A model generated the notes under the pieces. It ran no database searches. It had not been told where the DNA came from and saw nothing but the letters and a program-made list of their open reading frames with translations. From a candidate division WOR-3 bacterium (GTDB lineage Bacteria; Hydrothermota; Tepidihabitantia; SM23-42; CAYGYG01): DNA of 64,000 nucleotides. Below are positions 52,898 through 62,126 of this stretch, piece by piece (position 1 is the stretch's first letter; every line of letters begins with the position of its first letter). The DNA is taken from NCBI GenBank assembly GCA_965648915.1, contig CBFGIV010000003.1:32001-96000 (forward strand), given 5' to 3'. The position numbers were made by a program, and so were the translations under genes.

Positions 52898-53258
52898 TAA
52901 GGCACCGGCGGCGATTGGGCCTTATTCTCAGGCGGTTGGTTTTGGCCAATTCATCTTTACTGCCGGGCAGATCGGCCTTGATCCGAAAACTGGCACACTG
53001 GTCCAGGGTGGCATCGAAAATCAGACTCGACAGGTTCTTGAAAATATTAAGGCTGTTATTGAAGGAGCGGGCAGTTCCCTCGAAAAAGTCCTCAAGACGA
53101 CAATCTACTTAAAAAACCTCGATGATTTTGCAAAGGTAAATGAAATATATGCGCGCTATTTCTCGAAAGAACCTCCGGCCCGGAGCACCGTCGAGGTTGC
53201 CAATCTTCCAAAGGGTGCCTTGATTGAGATTGAAGCAATTGCCTACAAGGAGGAATAG
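52869..53258 (+). CDS. ridA: RidA/YjgF family enamine deaminase
   Basis: [45 protein letters not shown]. Confidence 0.93.
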   Translation: MKRSEIFKTDKAPAAIGPYSQAVGFGQFIFTAGQIGLDPKTGTLVQGGIENQTRQVLENIKAVIEGAGSSLEKVLKTTIYLKNLDDFAKVNEIYARYFSKEPPARSTVEVANLPKGALIEIEAIAYKEE

Positions 53259-53260
53259 AG

Positions 53261-53701
53261 ATGTGTATCAGAAAGAGTTTATTATTATTTCTTCTCTTAA
53301 TTACTGGTTGTTCATTCCTGAAAGAGCGAATTGCTATAAAAGAGTGTACCTTCAAACTAAAACAGGTCCGACCATATGACTTTACTCTAACCGATTTGAA
53401 ACTCGACCTGACCGTAAATATCCAGAATCCAAACAAAATCGATGCCGTCCTTGACCGTCTCGACTATTCGTTATCAATTGCGGGGGAAAATGTATTTACC
53501 GGCGTTATGGGGCAAAGACAGCGGATCCCGGCGGGTAAATCAAAGGATATTCTGACAACCGTGGTCTTGAATTATCAGTCGGTCTCTATGGCCATTATTA
53601 AAGCAATAAAAGAGGGCAATCCGACCTATTCAATTAACGGTCGCGCCTACATCGATACACCAGGGGGAAGTATAAATTATCCGGTAAATATAAGTCTATA
53701 A
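53261..53701 (+). CDS. LEA type 2 family lipoprotein
   Basis: LITGC lipobox; NPN..LDY. Confidence 0.75.
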   Translation: MCIRKSLLLFLLLITGCSFLKERIAIKECTFKLKQVRPYDFTLTDLKLDLTVNIQNPNKIDAVLDRLDYSLSIAGENVFTGVMGQRQRIPAGKSKDILTTVVLNYQSVSMAIIKAIKEGNPTYSINGRAYIDTPGGSINYPVNISL

Positions 53702-53739
53702 ATAAGATTCGGCGCAGTGATTTAAGATTGGAGTAAAAA

Positions 53740-54813
53740 ATGTCATATAATATCTTGGTTATCAACCCGGGTGCGGGTTCGACGAGGGTCGCATTATTTG
53801 AGGATGAGCGATCGCTTTTTGAAGAGAATATCCGGCACACACCAGAAGAGCTGGCAAAATTTAAATCGGTGATCGATCAGTATAAATTTCGAAAAGAGAT
53901 TGTAATCAAGGTATTAAAGGAAAAAGGTATTGACCTGAAGACCGTTAGCGCAGTGGTTGGCCGTGGCGGACCCTTCAAGCCGTTGAAGAGCGGAGCCTAT
54001 TTAGTCAACGATAAACTAATCGAAGATATAAAAAATGGGAATTATCAGAGTGAGCATCCTTCACTCTTGGGGGTATTAATTGCCCGAGAGATTGCGAATT
54101 CGATCGGTTGTTCCGCCTATTTTGTCGATCCAGTTTCAGTCGATGAGTTCTGGCCCCTGGCAAGATATTCCGGACTGAAAGAGATAAAACGTAAAGCCCT
54201 GAGCCATGCCCTTAATGTCCGGATGGTAGCCAAAAAGGCTGCCAAGGAATTGAAGAAACCGTATGATGATTGCAATTTTGTCATCATTCATCTCGGCACC
54301 GGTATCACCGTCGCCACTCACTTAAAGGGTCAGCAGGTCGATTCGACCAATGCCAATGAAGACGGCCCATTCTCGCCTCAGCGGACCGGTGCCCTGCCCA
54401 CCATACCACTGGTTGAGATGTGCTTCAGCGGAAAATATAAAGAGGAAGATGTTAAGAAAAAGATCTGGCGACAGGGCGGGCTCCTCTCCTATCTCGGCAC
54501 CGATGATATAAAAGAGGTGGAAAAGAGGATCGATCAGGGCGACCAGGAGGCGAAAGAGGTTTATGAAGCGATGGCTTATCAGATTGCCAAAGAGGCCGGT
54601 GCCTATGCAGTAGTCTTAAAAGGCAGGATCGACGCAATAATTATTACGGGTGGAATAGCATATTCAAAAATCTTCGTCGATCTCCTGAAGTCCTGGATCG
54701 AATTCTTATGTCCGAGGATATTGGTCTATCCGGGTGAAGGCGAAATGGAAGGCCTTGCTCTCGGCGTGCTCAGAGTATTTACTGGTGAAGAGCCGGTTAA
54801 AGAATACCGATAA
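53740..54813 (+). CDS. buk: Butyrate (branched-chain carboxylate) kinase
   Basis: ILVINPG.GST, GRGG, VDPV.VDE, HALN, HLG.GI, GPFSP.R.G, YPGE.E. Confidence 0.93.
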   Translation: MSYNILVINPGAGSTRVALFEDERSLFEENIRHTPEELAKFKSVIDQYKFRKEIVIKVLKEKGIDLKTVSAVVGRGGPFKPLKSGAYLVNDKLIEDIKNGNYQSEHPSLLGVLIAREIANSIGCSAYFVDPVSVDEFWPLARYSGLKEIKRKALSHALNVRMVAKKAAKELKKPYDDCNFVIIHLGTGITVATHLKGQQVDSTNANEDGPFSPQRTGALPTIPLVEMCFSGKYKEEDVKKKIWRQGGLLSYLGTDDIKEVEKRIDQGDQEAKEVYEAMAYQIAKEAGAYAVVLKGRIDAIIITGGIAYSKIFVDLLKSWIEFLCPRILVYPGEGEMEGLALGVLRVFTGEEPVKEYR

Positions 54814-54919
54814 AGCAATCAGCTGAAAAACGGTTCTTAGCAGTCTCATCTTCTTCTCGGATCACTTTCACTTCATTCTTGACTTTGACTTAAAAGATGT
54901 ATATTATATAAAACTTAAT

Positions 54920-55660
54920 ATGGTTAAAGGACTCGTAATCATCCCTACTTATAATGAAGCAGAAAATATCGCCACTGTTATCAAGTCGGTCCTTAAAATA
55001 ATGAAAAATGTAGACATCCTGATCATTGACGACAATTCTCAGGATGAGACCAGAAAGATTGTCAGGAATATCAGAAGGAGGGAAAAAAGGGTCACAATGA
55101 TTGAACGGCAAAAAAAATTGGGACTCGGTACTGCCTATGTTATGGGTTTTAAATATGCCCTGTCCCATAATTATGATTTCGTCTTCGAAATGGATGCTGA
55201 CCTCTCCCACGATCCCAATGACCTACCGCGCTTTGTCAAAGAGTTAAATTTTTACGACCTCATCATCGGTTCCCGGTATATTAAAGGTGTCAGTGTGGTC
55301 AACTGGCCGATGAAGAGACTCTTATTATCTTATTTTGCAAATCTTTATGCCCGAATTGTGACCGATGTTCCAATCAAAGACTTGACCAGCGGTTTTAAAT
55401 GCTATTCAAGACGGGCTCTGGAAGCTGTCAACTGGGATGATGTTAAGACCAATGGATATGGCTTTCAGATCGAGGCTAATTTTAGAATTTATAAGGCTGG
55501 TTTCAAAATAAAGGAAATCCCGATCATCTTTGTCGAACGCAGGGCAGGGGTATCGAAGATGTCAAAAGGGATAATCTGGCAGGCGTTCTGGCTTGTCTGG
55601 AAACTGAGATTGCTTGCTCTTTTCAAAAATGAATTTAGACATCATCATCGTCAATTATAA
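54920..55660 (+). CDS. Polyprenol monophosphomannose synthase-like GT2
   Basis: IIPTYNE, DDNS.D, GLGTAY..GF, MDAD.SH.P, GSRY, D.TSGFK, GY.FQIE. Confidence 0.9.
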   Translation: MVKGLVIIPTYNEAENIATVIKSVLKIMKNVDILIIDDNSQDETRKIVRNIRRREKRVTMIERQKKLGLGTAYVMGFKYALSHNYDFVFEMDADLSHDPNDLPRFVKELNFYDLIIGSRYIKGVSVVNWPMKRLLLSYFANLYARIVTDVPIKDLTSGFKCYSRRALEAVNWDDVKTNGYGFQIEANFRIYKAGFKIKEIPIIFVERRAGVSKMSKGIIWQAFWLVWKLRLLALFKNEFRHHHRQL

Positions 55661-56498
55661 TTCAGGCCCATACTTAAAAAAATGCCTCGACTCGATAAGC
55701 CCGGCCTTCAACGGCGATCTTGGGAGGGTACTTATCATTGATAATGCTTCTTCTGATGGGAGTATTATTAATCTCCAAAGTGTCTATCCTCATATCCAGA
55801 TTATCCGGAACCAGCAAAATCTCGGTTTTGCCCGGGCGGTAAATCAGGGGATAAGAATCACCACTTCGCCTTATCTCCTCCTCATTAACCCGGATGCCGA
55901 ATTACAATCAGCGAGTATTGACAAAATGCTACAATTTATGGAGACGAAGCCCGATTGCGGTGTGCTTGGAGGCCTGGTTCTTTATCCAGACGGTCGACGC
56001 CAGGAGACCGTCCGTTCCTTCCCTACTTTCTGGACAGTTCTTTTAGGACGCAGATCTTCCCTAACTTATAAAATTTTCCCCCATAATCCATTTTCCAAGA
56101 GATATCTTCTCACGACCCATGACTTCACAAAGACGCAGGAGGTCGACTTTGTTGCCGGGACATTTATGATGTTGAGAAGAAAAGCGCTTGAAGAGATCGG
56201 GCTTTTTGACGAAGACTATTTCTGCTATGTTGAGGATGTTGATATCTGCTGGCGGATGAAAGAAAAAAACTGGAAGGTCTATTTCTATCCTGAAGCAAGG
56301 TGCGTTCATCTTTACGGCGAAAATATAAGGAAGGATAATATCCATCCCGAGATTTATCACGCCCGGGGAATGTATCATTTTTTCAATAAGTATTATCAAC
56401 CCAATTTTTTATACAAGTCTTTTTTGACCACCTGCCTCTATTTAAAGATCTGCCAGATAATCGCCTGGGGATTTCTTAAATTGTCGTTTGCACGATGA
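55629..56498 (+). CDS. Glycosyltransferase family 2 (WbbL-like)
   Basis: IIVNYN, DNASSDGS, NLGFA..NQG, INPD, FDE.YF.Y.ED.D.C. Confidence 0.9.
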   Translation: MNLDIIIVNYNSGPYLKKCLDSISPAFNGDLGRVLIIDNASSDGSIINLQSVYPHIQIIRNQQNLGFARAVNQGIRITTSPYLLLINPDAELQSASIDKMLQFMETKPDCGVLGGLVLYPDGRRQETVRSFPTFWTVLLGRRSSLTYKIFPHNPFSKRYLLTTHDFTKTQEVDFVAGTFMMLRRKALEEIGLFDEDYFCYVEDVDICWRMKEKNWKVYFYPEARCVHLYGENIRKDNIHPEIYHARGMYHFFNKYYQPNFLYKSFLTTCLYLKICQIIAWGFLKLSFAR

Positions 56499-57496
56499 TC
56501 TATCTCTTTACTGTAATCATAACCCTTGTGCTTGCCTATCTTTTGACCTGGCTGATGATAAAAATCGCCCATCGCTTCAACCTCTACGACATTCCCTCGG
56601 AACGAAAGGTCCACTATGAAAATGTCCCGATCCTGGGTGGCGTCGGGATTATCATCGCCTTTTTTATCGGTGAAGGCCTGGCCTTCAAAGTTTTTGGGGT
56701 AAACACAAACTTTCTCTTACTCATCTTTTTATCTTATCTACCAATAATGGTAATCTCAATCTATGATGATTTGAAGGAGACCAGTGTCTACCTAAGGCTT
56801 TTGATTCAGATAATCAGTGTCACAATTATCGTCGTCGCCGGGCCCAAAATCGAGTACTTACCTTTACCTGTGGGTAAATTATCATTGCGTTTCTTTTCCT
56901 ATCCGATTACAATCTTCTGGTATCTTTTATTGATCAATGGTTTTAATTTTATCGATGGGCTCGATGGCCTGGCTGCAGGCATTGCCTGCATTGGATCGAT
57001 CGTCATCTTTATAACTAAATCTGTGGTTGGTGATCAGTATTCAGCGCTTTTCTGTCTGGGCCTTTTAGGTAGCAGTCTCGGTTTTTTAAGATTTAACTTC
57101 TTTCCAGCGAAAATCTTTATGGGTGATACAGGTGCGAATTTTCTCGGTTTTACCTTTGCCGCAATATCACTCTTAAGCCAGGGTAGAGCTGTGGTCTTAA
57201 CATCACTCCTGATCCCGATTACGGCATTGAGTCTTCCGATCGTCGATGTCTTACATCATATCGTTTATCGCGCCGGTGATCGGAAGGGGCTTTTTGTTTC
57301 GGACAAAGACCATATCCACCACCGTTTTCTCCAAATGGGCTTTCATCACAAATGGGTGGTAATAGAATTTTATCTATTAACTGCCCTCCTCGGTGGAGTC
57401 GGACTCTTTCTTTTAACCAAGAGCCGTCTCTACATTTATACATTTACAATACTTTTTTTAATTTTCAGTGTAATATGGTTTAAACAGAAGAGGTAA
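56495..57496 (+). CDS. WecA/TagO-like undecaprenyl-phosphate GlcNAc-1-P transferase (MraY family)
   Basis: P.LGG, DD, N.FN.IDGLDGLA, NFFPAKIFMGD.G, D..HIHH. Confidence 0.92.
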   Translation: MIYLFTVIITLVLAYLLTWLMIKIAHRFNLYDIPSERKVHYENVPILGGVGIIIAFFIGEGLAFKVFGVNTNFLLLIFLSYLPIMVISIYDDLKETSVYLRLLIQIISVTIIVVAGPKIEYLPLPVGKLSLRFFSYPITIFWYLLLINGFNFIDGLDGLAAGIACIGSIVIFITKSVVGDQYSALFCLGLLGSSLGFLRFNFFPAKIFMGDTGANFLGFTFAAISLLSQGRAVVLTSLLIPITALSLPIVDVLHHIVYRAGDRKGLFVSDKDHIHHRFLQMGFHHKWVVIEFYLLTALLGGVGLFLLTKSRLYIYTFTILFLIFSVIWFKQKR

Positions 57497-57498
57497 AA

Positions 57499-59637
57499 AT
57501 GATTATCCTTTTCATCATAAGTCTTTACAATATGAAATTTTATACCAACACTAACTATATCTACAAGTTATGTAATGATGGTCAATACCTTTATTGTGCA
57601 ACCAGCGGCGGCCTGAGTATATTCTCAATAGATGACAGATCTTTTAAGGTCTATACAAATACTGATGGCCTGCCGTCAAACTGGTCAACCTGTCTTGCCA
57701 TTGACCGGGATAAGAATATCTGGGTTGGAACTGACAACGGCATCGGTATCCTGAAGGCAGACCATTCATCCATCTTAAGACTATCACAAAAATTCTTCCC
57801 CTCCCCAAGGATCAATGCCATCCATATTAGAGAAGACACGGTCTATATCGGAACCGAAGGTGGTTTACTTTTTATCAATACAAGAAATACCTTGATCGAT
57901 ACGAGCGATGATGAGTATAAGATCATCAGAACTGTTAATGGTTTAATCTCTGACACTGTCCTTTCCATTGTCGCCAATCGATATATCTGGGTGGGTACGA
58001 TGAACGGGATAACCCGCTTCAGCAAAAACTTCGATTCGGTCACTTATTTCCTGGACAAACAGAAGATCAAAACAATGGTATCGAAAGATTCAGTAAATAT
58101 CTATGTCGGAACCGATAATGCCCTTTATCTGTTTCGGGATGACACCTTCCGGATCCTGATGAGCGGTTGGGACATAAATGACCTCGCCCTGAAGAACGAT
58201 TCTCTATTTATTGTCATTCCGAATGCCTTCATAATCTATAAAGATTCATTTATGACCCGCAATACGGGCCTGCCCGCCGGTATCAGATTAAAATCGGTGG
58301 CCACTACTTCTGATGCCTGGGCCGTGGGGCTCGGTAATGAACATTCTACCTTTGATAACAAAGGCGAAGGCATTGGCCTCTGGGAAAATGGTCGATTCTC
58401 AACCTATAAGAGAGAATGTATCCCTTCAAACTGTATTGCCGATTTGACCGTTGCCAGTAATGGCCAACTATTCTTAGCCTTGGGCCCCCGCGGTGGTATC
58501 GGTGCGGTTCTGTCGGGCATCGCACTGCTCAAAGAAGATTCTTCGTGGTTGAATATTACCAAACCGACAATCCCGACCGATATGGTGCATCGCTGTGATG
58601 CCGATCCTGCCGGCCGGGTCTGGTTTATCGGTAACTGGGAAGGCGGTGCCTTCTTTTACGACACTAAAGGCGATTCCTGGGTATTCTTCAATTCAGGAAA
58701 CTCACAGATTGGTAGTAATATCGGCTGGGATATAAAGGCTGATGTCCATAATAATATCTACTTCTCTTTAGCTGGACCAGCCGACCGGATAATGGTCCTG
58801 GACTCTTCTCTGACCGTCTGGACCCAACTTAACCCCGGTGGGCTCGGACACGCCGCCGAATTGGAAGTTGCTGATCAGGGCAGAATCTATGTCACCTTTA
58901 AGACCGAAGGGACGCTCTTTATTGACACCAAGAACACAATTGCCGATGTCAATGACGATACCTTCTGTTTCTATACTGAAGAAAATGGTCTACCTTCGAT
59001 AAACTGCCAGTCCGTACGGGTCGATCCCAAAGGCCGGACCTTTATTGCAACCGAAGCGGGCGTCGCTTTATTCTATAAGGACTCAATCAAGACCTTTAGC
59101 ACTAAAAATAGTGGTATGATTTATGACGACTGCCTGGCCATGACTATTGATGGGCAGAAAAGGATCTGGATATTGACTTCTGCCGGCATTTCCATCTATA
59201 ATCCCTATTTTAACACCTGGCAAAGAATCGGCTTCAGCGAAAACAACCTCACCGTAAAGTTTGCCCCGGAAAAACTGGATAACAAAGCCTTTTTATTTGA
59301 CCCTTATCACAACTGTGTCTGGCTTGGTAGCCGCAGCGGACTGCTCCGGATTGACCTTACCGAACCCCGGGTTTCCGGTACCGACAGCGCCTTTGTTTAC
59401 CCTAATCCCCTAACTCGAAATGACCATGCTCTTGTCTTCAAGAAAATTCCTCCTGATGCAAAGATTTATATCTTTTCGATCGATGGCCGGTTGATAAAGA
59501 AATTAGAGGACTTCGACCCAACTGTTAGCGGATATATCTGGTTTGATGCTGAAATAAACCTCACCAGCGGTCTCTATTTTGCTCTGATTAAGAGCCCTCA
59601 GGAAAAAAGGATTTTAAAATTTGCCGTGGTCAAATAG
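57499..59637 (+). CDS. PorZ-like beta-propeller (Reg_prop repeats) protein with T9SS-type tail
   Basis: GLPSN..IWVGT..G repeats; tail FVYPNP..IFSIDG..SGLYF..KFAVVK. Confidence 0.75.
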   Translation: MIILFIISLYNMKFYTNTNYIYKLCNDGQYLYCATSGGLSIFSIDDRSFKVYTNTDGLPSNWSTCLAIDRDKNIWVGTDNGIGILKADHSSILRLSQKFFPSPRINAIHIREDTVYIGTEGGLLFINTRNTLIDTSDDEYKIIRTVNGLISDTVLSIVANRYIWVGTMNGITRFSKNFDSVTYFLDKQKIKTMVSKDSVNIYVGTDNALYLFRDDTFRILMSGWDINDLALKNDSLFIVIPNAFIIYKDSFMTRNTGLPAGIRLKSVATTSDAWAVGLGNEHSTFDNKGEGIGLWENGRFSTYKRECIPSNCIADLTVASNGQLFLALGPRGGIGAVLSGIALLKEDSSWLNITKPTIPTDMVHRCDADPAGRVWFIGNWEGGAFFYDTKGDSWVFFNSGNSQIGSNIGWDIKADVHNNIYFSLAGPADRIMVLDSSLTVWTQLNPGGLGHAAELEVADQGRIYVTFKTEGTLFIDTKNTIADVNDDTFCFYTEENGLPSINCQSVRVDPKGRTFIATEAGVALFYKDSIKTFSTKNSGMIYDDCLAMTIDGQKRIWILTSAGISIYNPYFNTWQRIGFSENNLTVKFAPEKLDNKAFLFDPYHNCVWLGSRSGLLRIDLTEPRVSGTDSAFVYPNPLTRNDHALVFKKIPPDAKIYIFSIDGRLIKKLEDFDPTVSGYIWFDAEINLTSGLYFALIKSPQEKRILKFAVVK

Positions 59638-59640
59638 AAA

Positions 59641-61005
59641 TCATTTTACCGAAGATTCACTCCGCGTCAGGCCAATGCTACTGAAGATAATGAGCATTGG
59701 TTCGATCGGTATACGGAACCTCGAATAGCCAAGTGATCCGGGGATGATAAGCATATAGATAATAACTATACCATAAAGGACAAGGGCCGAATTCACTCTC
59801 TTTTTGCACAATAGATAAATTAAACAGCCTATGATTAAAATCGAATGGTATAATAAAGCGCCCAACAGGATCAAAATGGCCATAACCGGTAGACGGGCAA
59901 CTCTCTCTTCAAATATAATCTTAGCCATATTCCCTATCTTCCCCTGGGCAAGATATTTCATAGCATTCTGGGCGGTCCGCCTCGAGAGATCAAGTTCTTC
60001 GGGTGTTTTTCCACTGACATAGGTAATAACCTCCCGGAACGGCAAAGGTAAGAAAAGGGTTGATCCGAAACCAATCAATCTAATCTTCAGGTAAGTAAAT
60101 GGATAACGGCCTATTACTGACAATGCCTGTCTGGTCTTTAATGCCATACTATCATTTATATTCTCCGGCCTTAAAATTGCCGCCATTTTATCATACTCTT
60201 TCCAGAACTCCTGCGCAGCATCGTTTACATCGATCTTTCTTTGAATCGCTAAAACGAGGGGTGCATCAAAGGAGGCAATATTATAACTGAATACGGATGA
60301 GAAAAAAATAGTTCTATAAACAAAGAAATTTCTCACCAGCCAGGGAAGGATGAATAAGAGGTAGCCCATTAAGAAGAGGATGATTTTTAACCCGGTCTTC
60401 TTTAAACCCTTTTTTATAATCACATAGAAGAGAATAAACAAAGGGAGGAGGATCGCAATTGGTCTGGTTAGAGTTGCCAGGCCTAAAAATATGCCGGCGA
60501 TAACAATCGACCAGCCTTCGAGTTTTTCGATAAATAAATTTACCAGCACAAGACTGACAAATATTAAAACCATAAAGATAACATCCGAGAGGACCTGAAC
60601 CGAATAGAAGGCAATGTTGAAATTTAAGATAAAGAGCAGCCCCGCAATCATTTTTTCCCGTAATTCAAGAAACTTGAGCCTAAAAATCAAAACAATCGGA
60701 ATAGTTGAAATTATTATCTGCAGTAGGATCAGGACCAATCGGTTATACTGGAATACTTTATATACCCCCGCAGCAAAAAGGGGGTAAAGAGGGGTTCTTA
60801 AAGCATCGGGCCGATAAGGAGGCGCACCGTCGAGGGAAAATTTACCAACTGAGATTAGATTCCTGGCAAGCGTCTCATACTCCCGAGCATCGCGGGTCGG
60901 TGTTAAAGGGCGGTTGATATCAGATAGAGCCGGGATCGTCCAGATTGACCTGAAGGTCAGGGTAAGAATTATATTGAAGATCAGAAATCTGGTTGTTGTT
61001 GACAC
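59641..61005 (-). CDS. GT-C (ArnT/GT39-like) membrane glycosyltransferase
   Basis: D..EY..LA, R.PLYP.F, LSD, GLATLTRP, PW..RN, RFR.P..P; multi-TM. Confidence 0.8.
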   Translation of the reverse strand: MSTTTRFLIFNIILTLTFRSIWTIPALSDINRPLTPTRDAREYETLARNLISVGKFSLDGAPPYRPDALRTPLYPLFAAGVYKVFQYNRLVLILLQIIISTIPIVLIFRLKFLELREKMIAGLLFILNFNIAFYSVQVLSDVIFMVLIFVSLVLVNLFIEKLEGWSIVIAGIFLGLATLTRPIAILLPLFILFYVIIKKGLKKTGLKIILFLMGYLLFILPWLVRNFFVYRTIFFSSVFSYNIASFDAPLVLAIQRKIDVNDAAQEFWKEYDKMAAILRPENINDSMALKTRQALSVIGRYPFTYLKIRLIGFGSTLFLPLPFREVITYVSGKTPEELDLSRRTAQNAMKYLAQGKIGNMAKIIFEERVARLPVMAILILLGALLYHSILIIGCLIYLLCKKRVNSALVLYGIVIIYMLIIPGSLGYSRFRIPIEPMLIIFSSIGLTRSESSVK

Positions 61006-61110
61006 ACCAAATTATATCTCTCCTTATCTCGATGTCAACCCTGCTTATTATTATCCAGACTTGACGAAGGCATTAAAATAGATAAAATAAAGCATTAAGT
61101 CCATTAACTT

Positions 61111-61464
61111 ATGCACGAACTTTCCGTCACTCAGTCGATTTTTGACATCTGTCTCCAAGAGGCTCGTAAGCACTCATTACGAAAGATAACTGAGATAAAC
61201 ATCAGATTAGGTCGATTCTCAACATTTGAACCGGAATCGATAATCTTCTATTTCAATATTATGAGTAAAGGTTCAATTGCTGAAAATGCAAAACTTAAGT
61301 TTGAGATTATTAAAATCAAGGTCCTTTGCCTTAATTGCGATAATATTATGGAGTCAGACGAGCCTATCTTTGTCTGCACCAGTTGTGGCCACTCGAACTT
61401 TGAGATCCTTGAAGGTCGAGAATTTTCCATCGAAAGTATTGTCGGCGATGAGGAGGTTCAATGA
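61111..61464 (+). CDS. hypA: Hydrogenase maturation nickel chaperone
   Basis: MHELS, CxxC..CxxC, GRE. Confidence 0.95.
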   Translation: MHELSVTQSIFDICLQEARKHSLRKITEINIRLGRFSTFEPESIIFYFNIMSKGSIAENAKLKFEIIKIKVLCLNCDNIMESDEPIFVCTSCGHSNFEILEGREFSIESIVGDEEVQ

Positions 61465-62126
61465 AGATCGATATCTTAAAAAGTGTCCTGGTCACTAATG
61501 AAGCAATCGCAGCCGAAAATAGAAGGATATTCGATAAACACCGAGCACTGGTTATTAACTTAATGTCTTCACCCGGTGCCGGTAAGACAAGCCTTATTGA
61601 AAGGACGATTAAGGCCCTCGGGACTAAATATAAAATCGCGGTCATTGAAGGCGACATCGCAGGAAATATCGATGCTCAGCGGATAAATAACCTTGGCGTA
61701 CCGGTAATCCAGATCAATACCGGTGGCGAATGCCACCTCGATGCCCATATGGTCAGATCAAGTCTTCCCCATCTGCCCTCGGGAGAGTTCGATCTTATAA
61801 TCATCGAAAATGTCGGTAATCTTGTCTGTCCGGCTGAGTTTAATGTCGGCGAAGATTTTAAGGCAATGATCCTCTCTCTTCCCGAAGGAGATGACAAGGT
61901 TAAAAAATACCCTCTGATGTTCCATCAGTCAAAGGTCTTGCTCGTCAACAAAATGGACCTTGTCGACCGGACCGATTTCAATTTCGATACCCTGAATAAA
62001 GATTTACAGGCAGTTAATCCTAAATTGAAAGTCTTTAAAATTTCTTGTAAAAGCGACATGGGCATCGACCAGTGGATTAAATATCTTGAAGATGCAATCA
62101 TTGATAAGAAGAAAAATTTTCGTTAG
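61461..62126 (+). CDS. hypB: Hydrogenase nickel incorporation GTPase
   Basis: SSPGAGKT, IEGD, CHLDA, ENVGNLVCPA, NKMD. Confidence 0.96.
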   Translation: MKIDILKSVLVTNEAIAAENRRIFDKHRALVINLMSSPGAGKTSLIERTIKALGTKYKIAVIEGDIAGNIDAQRINNLGVPVIQINTGGECHLDAHMVRSSLPHLPSGEFDLIIIENVGNLVCPAEFNVGEDFKAMILSLPEGDDKVKKYPLMFHQSKVLLVNKMDLVDRTDFNFDTLNKDLQAVNPKLKVFKISCKSDMGIDQWIKYLEDAIIDKKKNFR

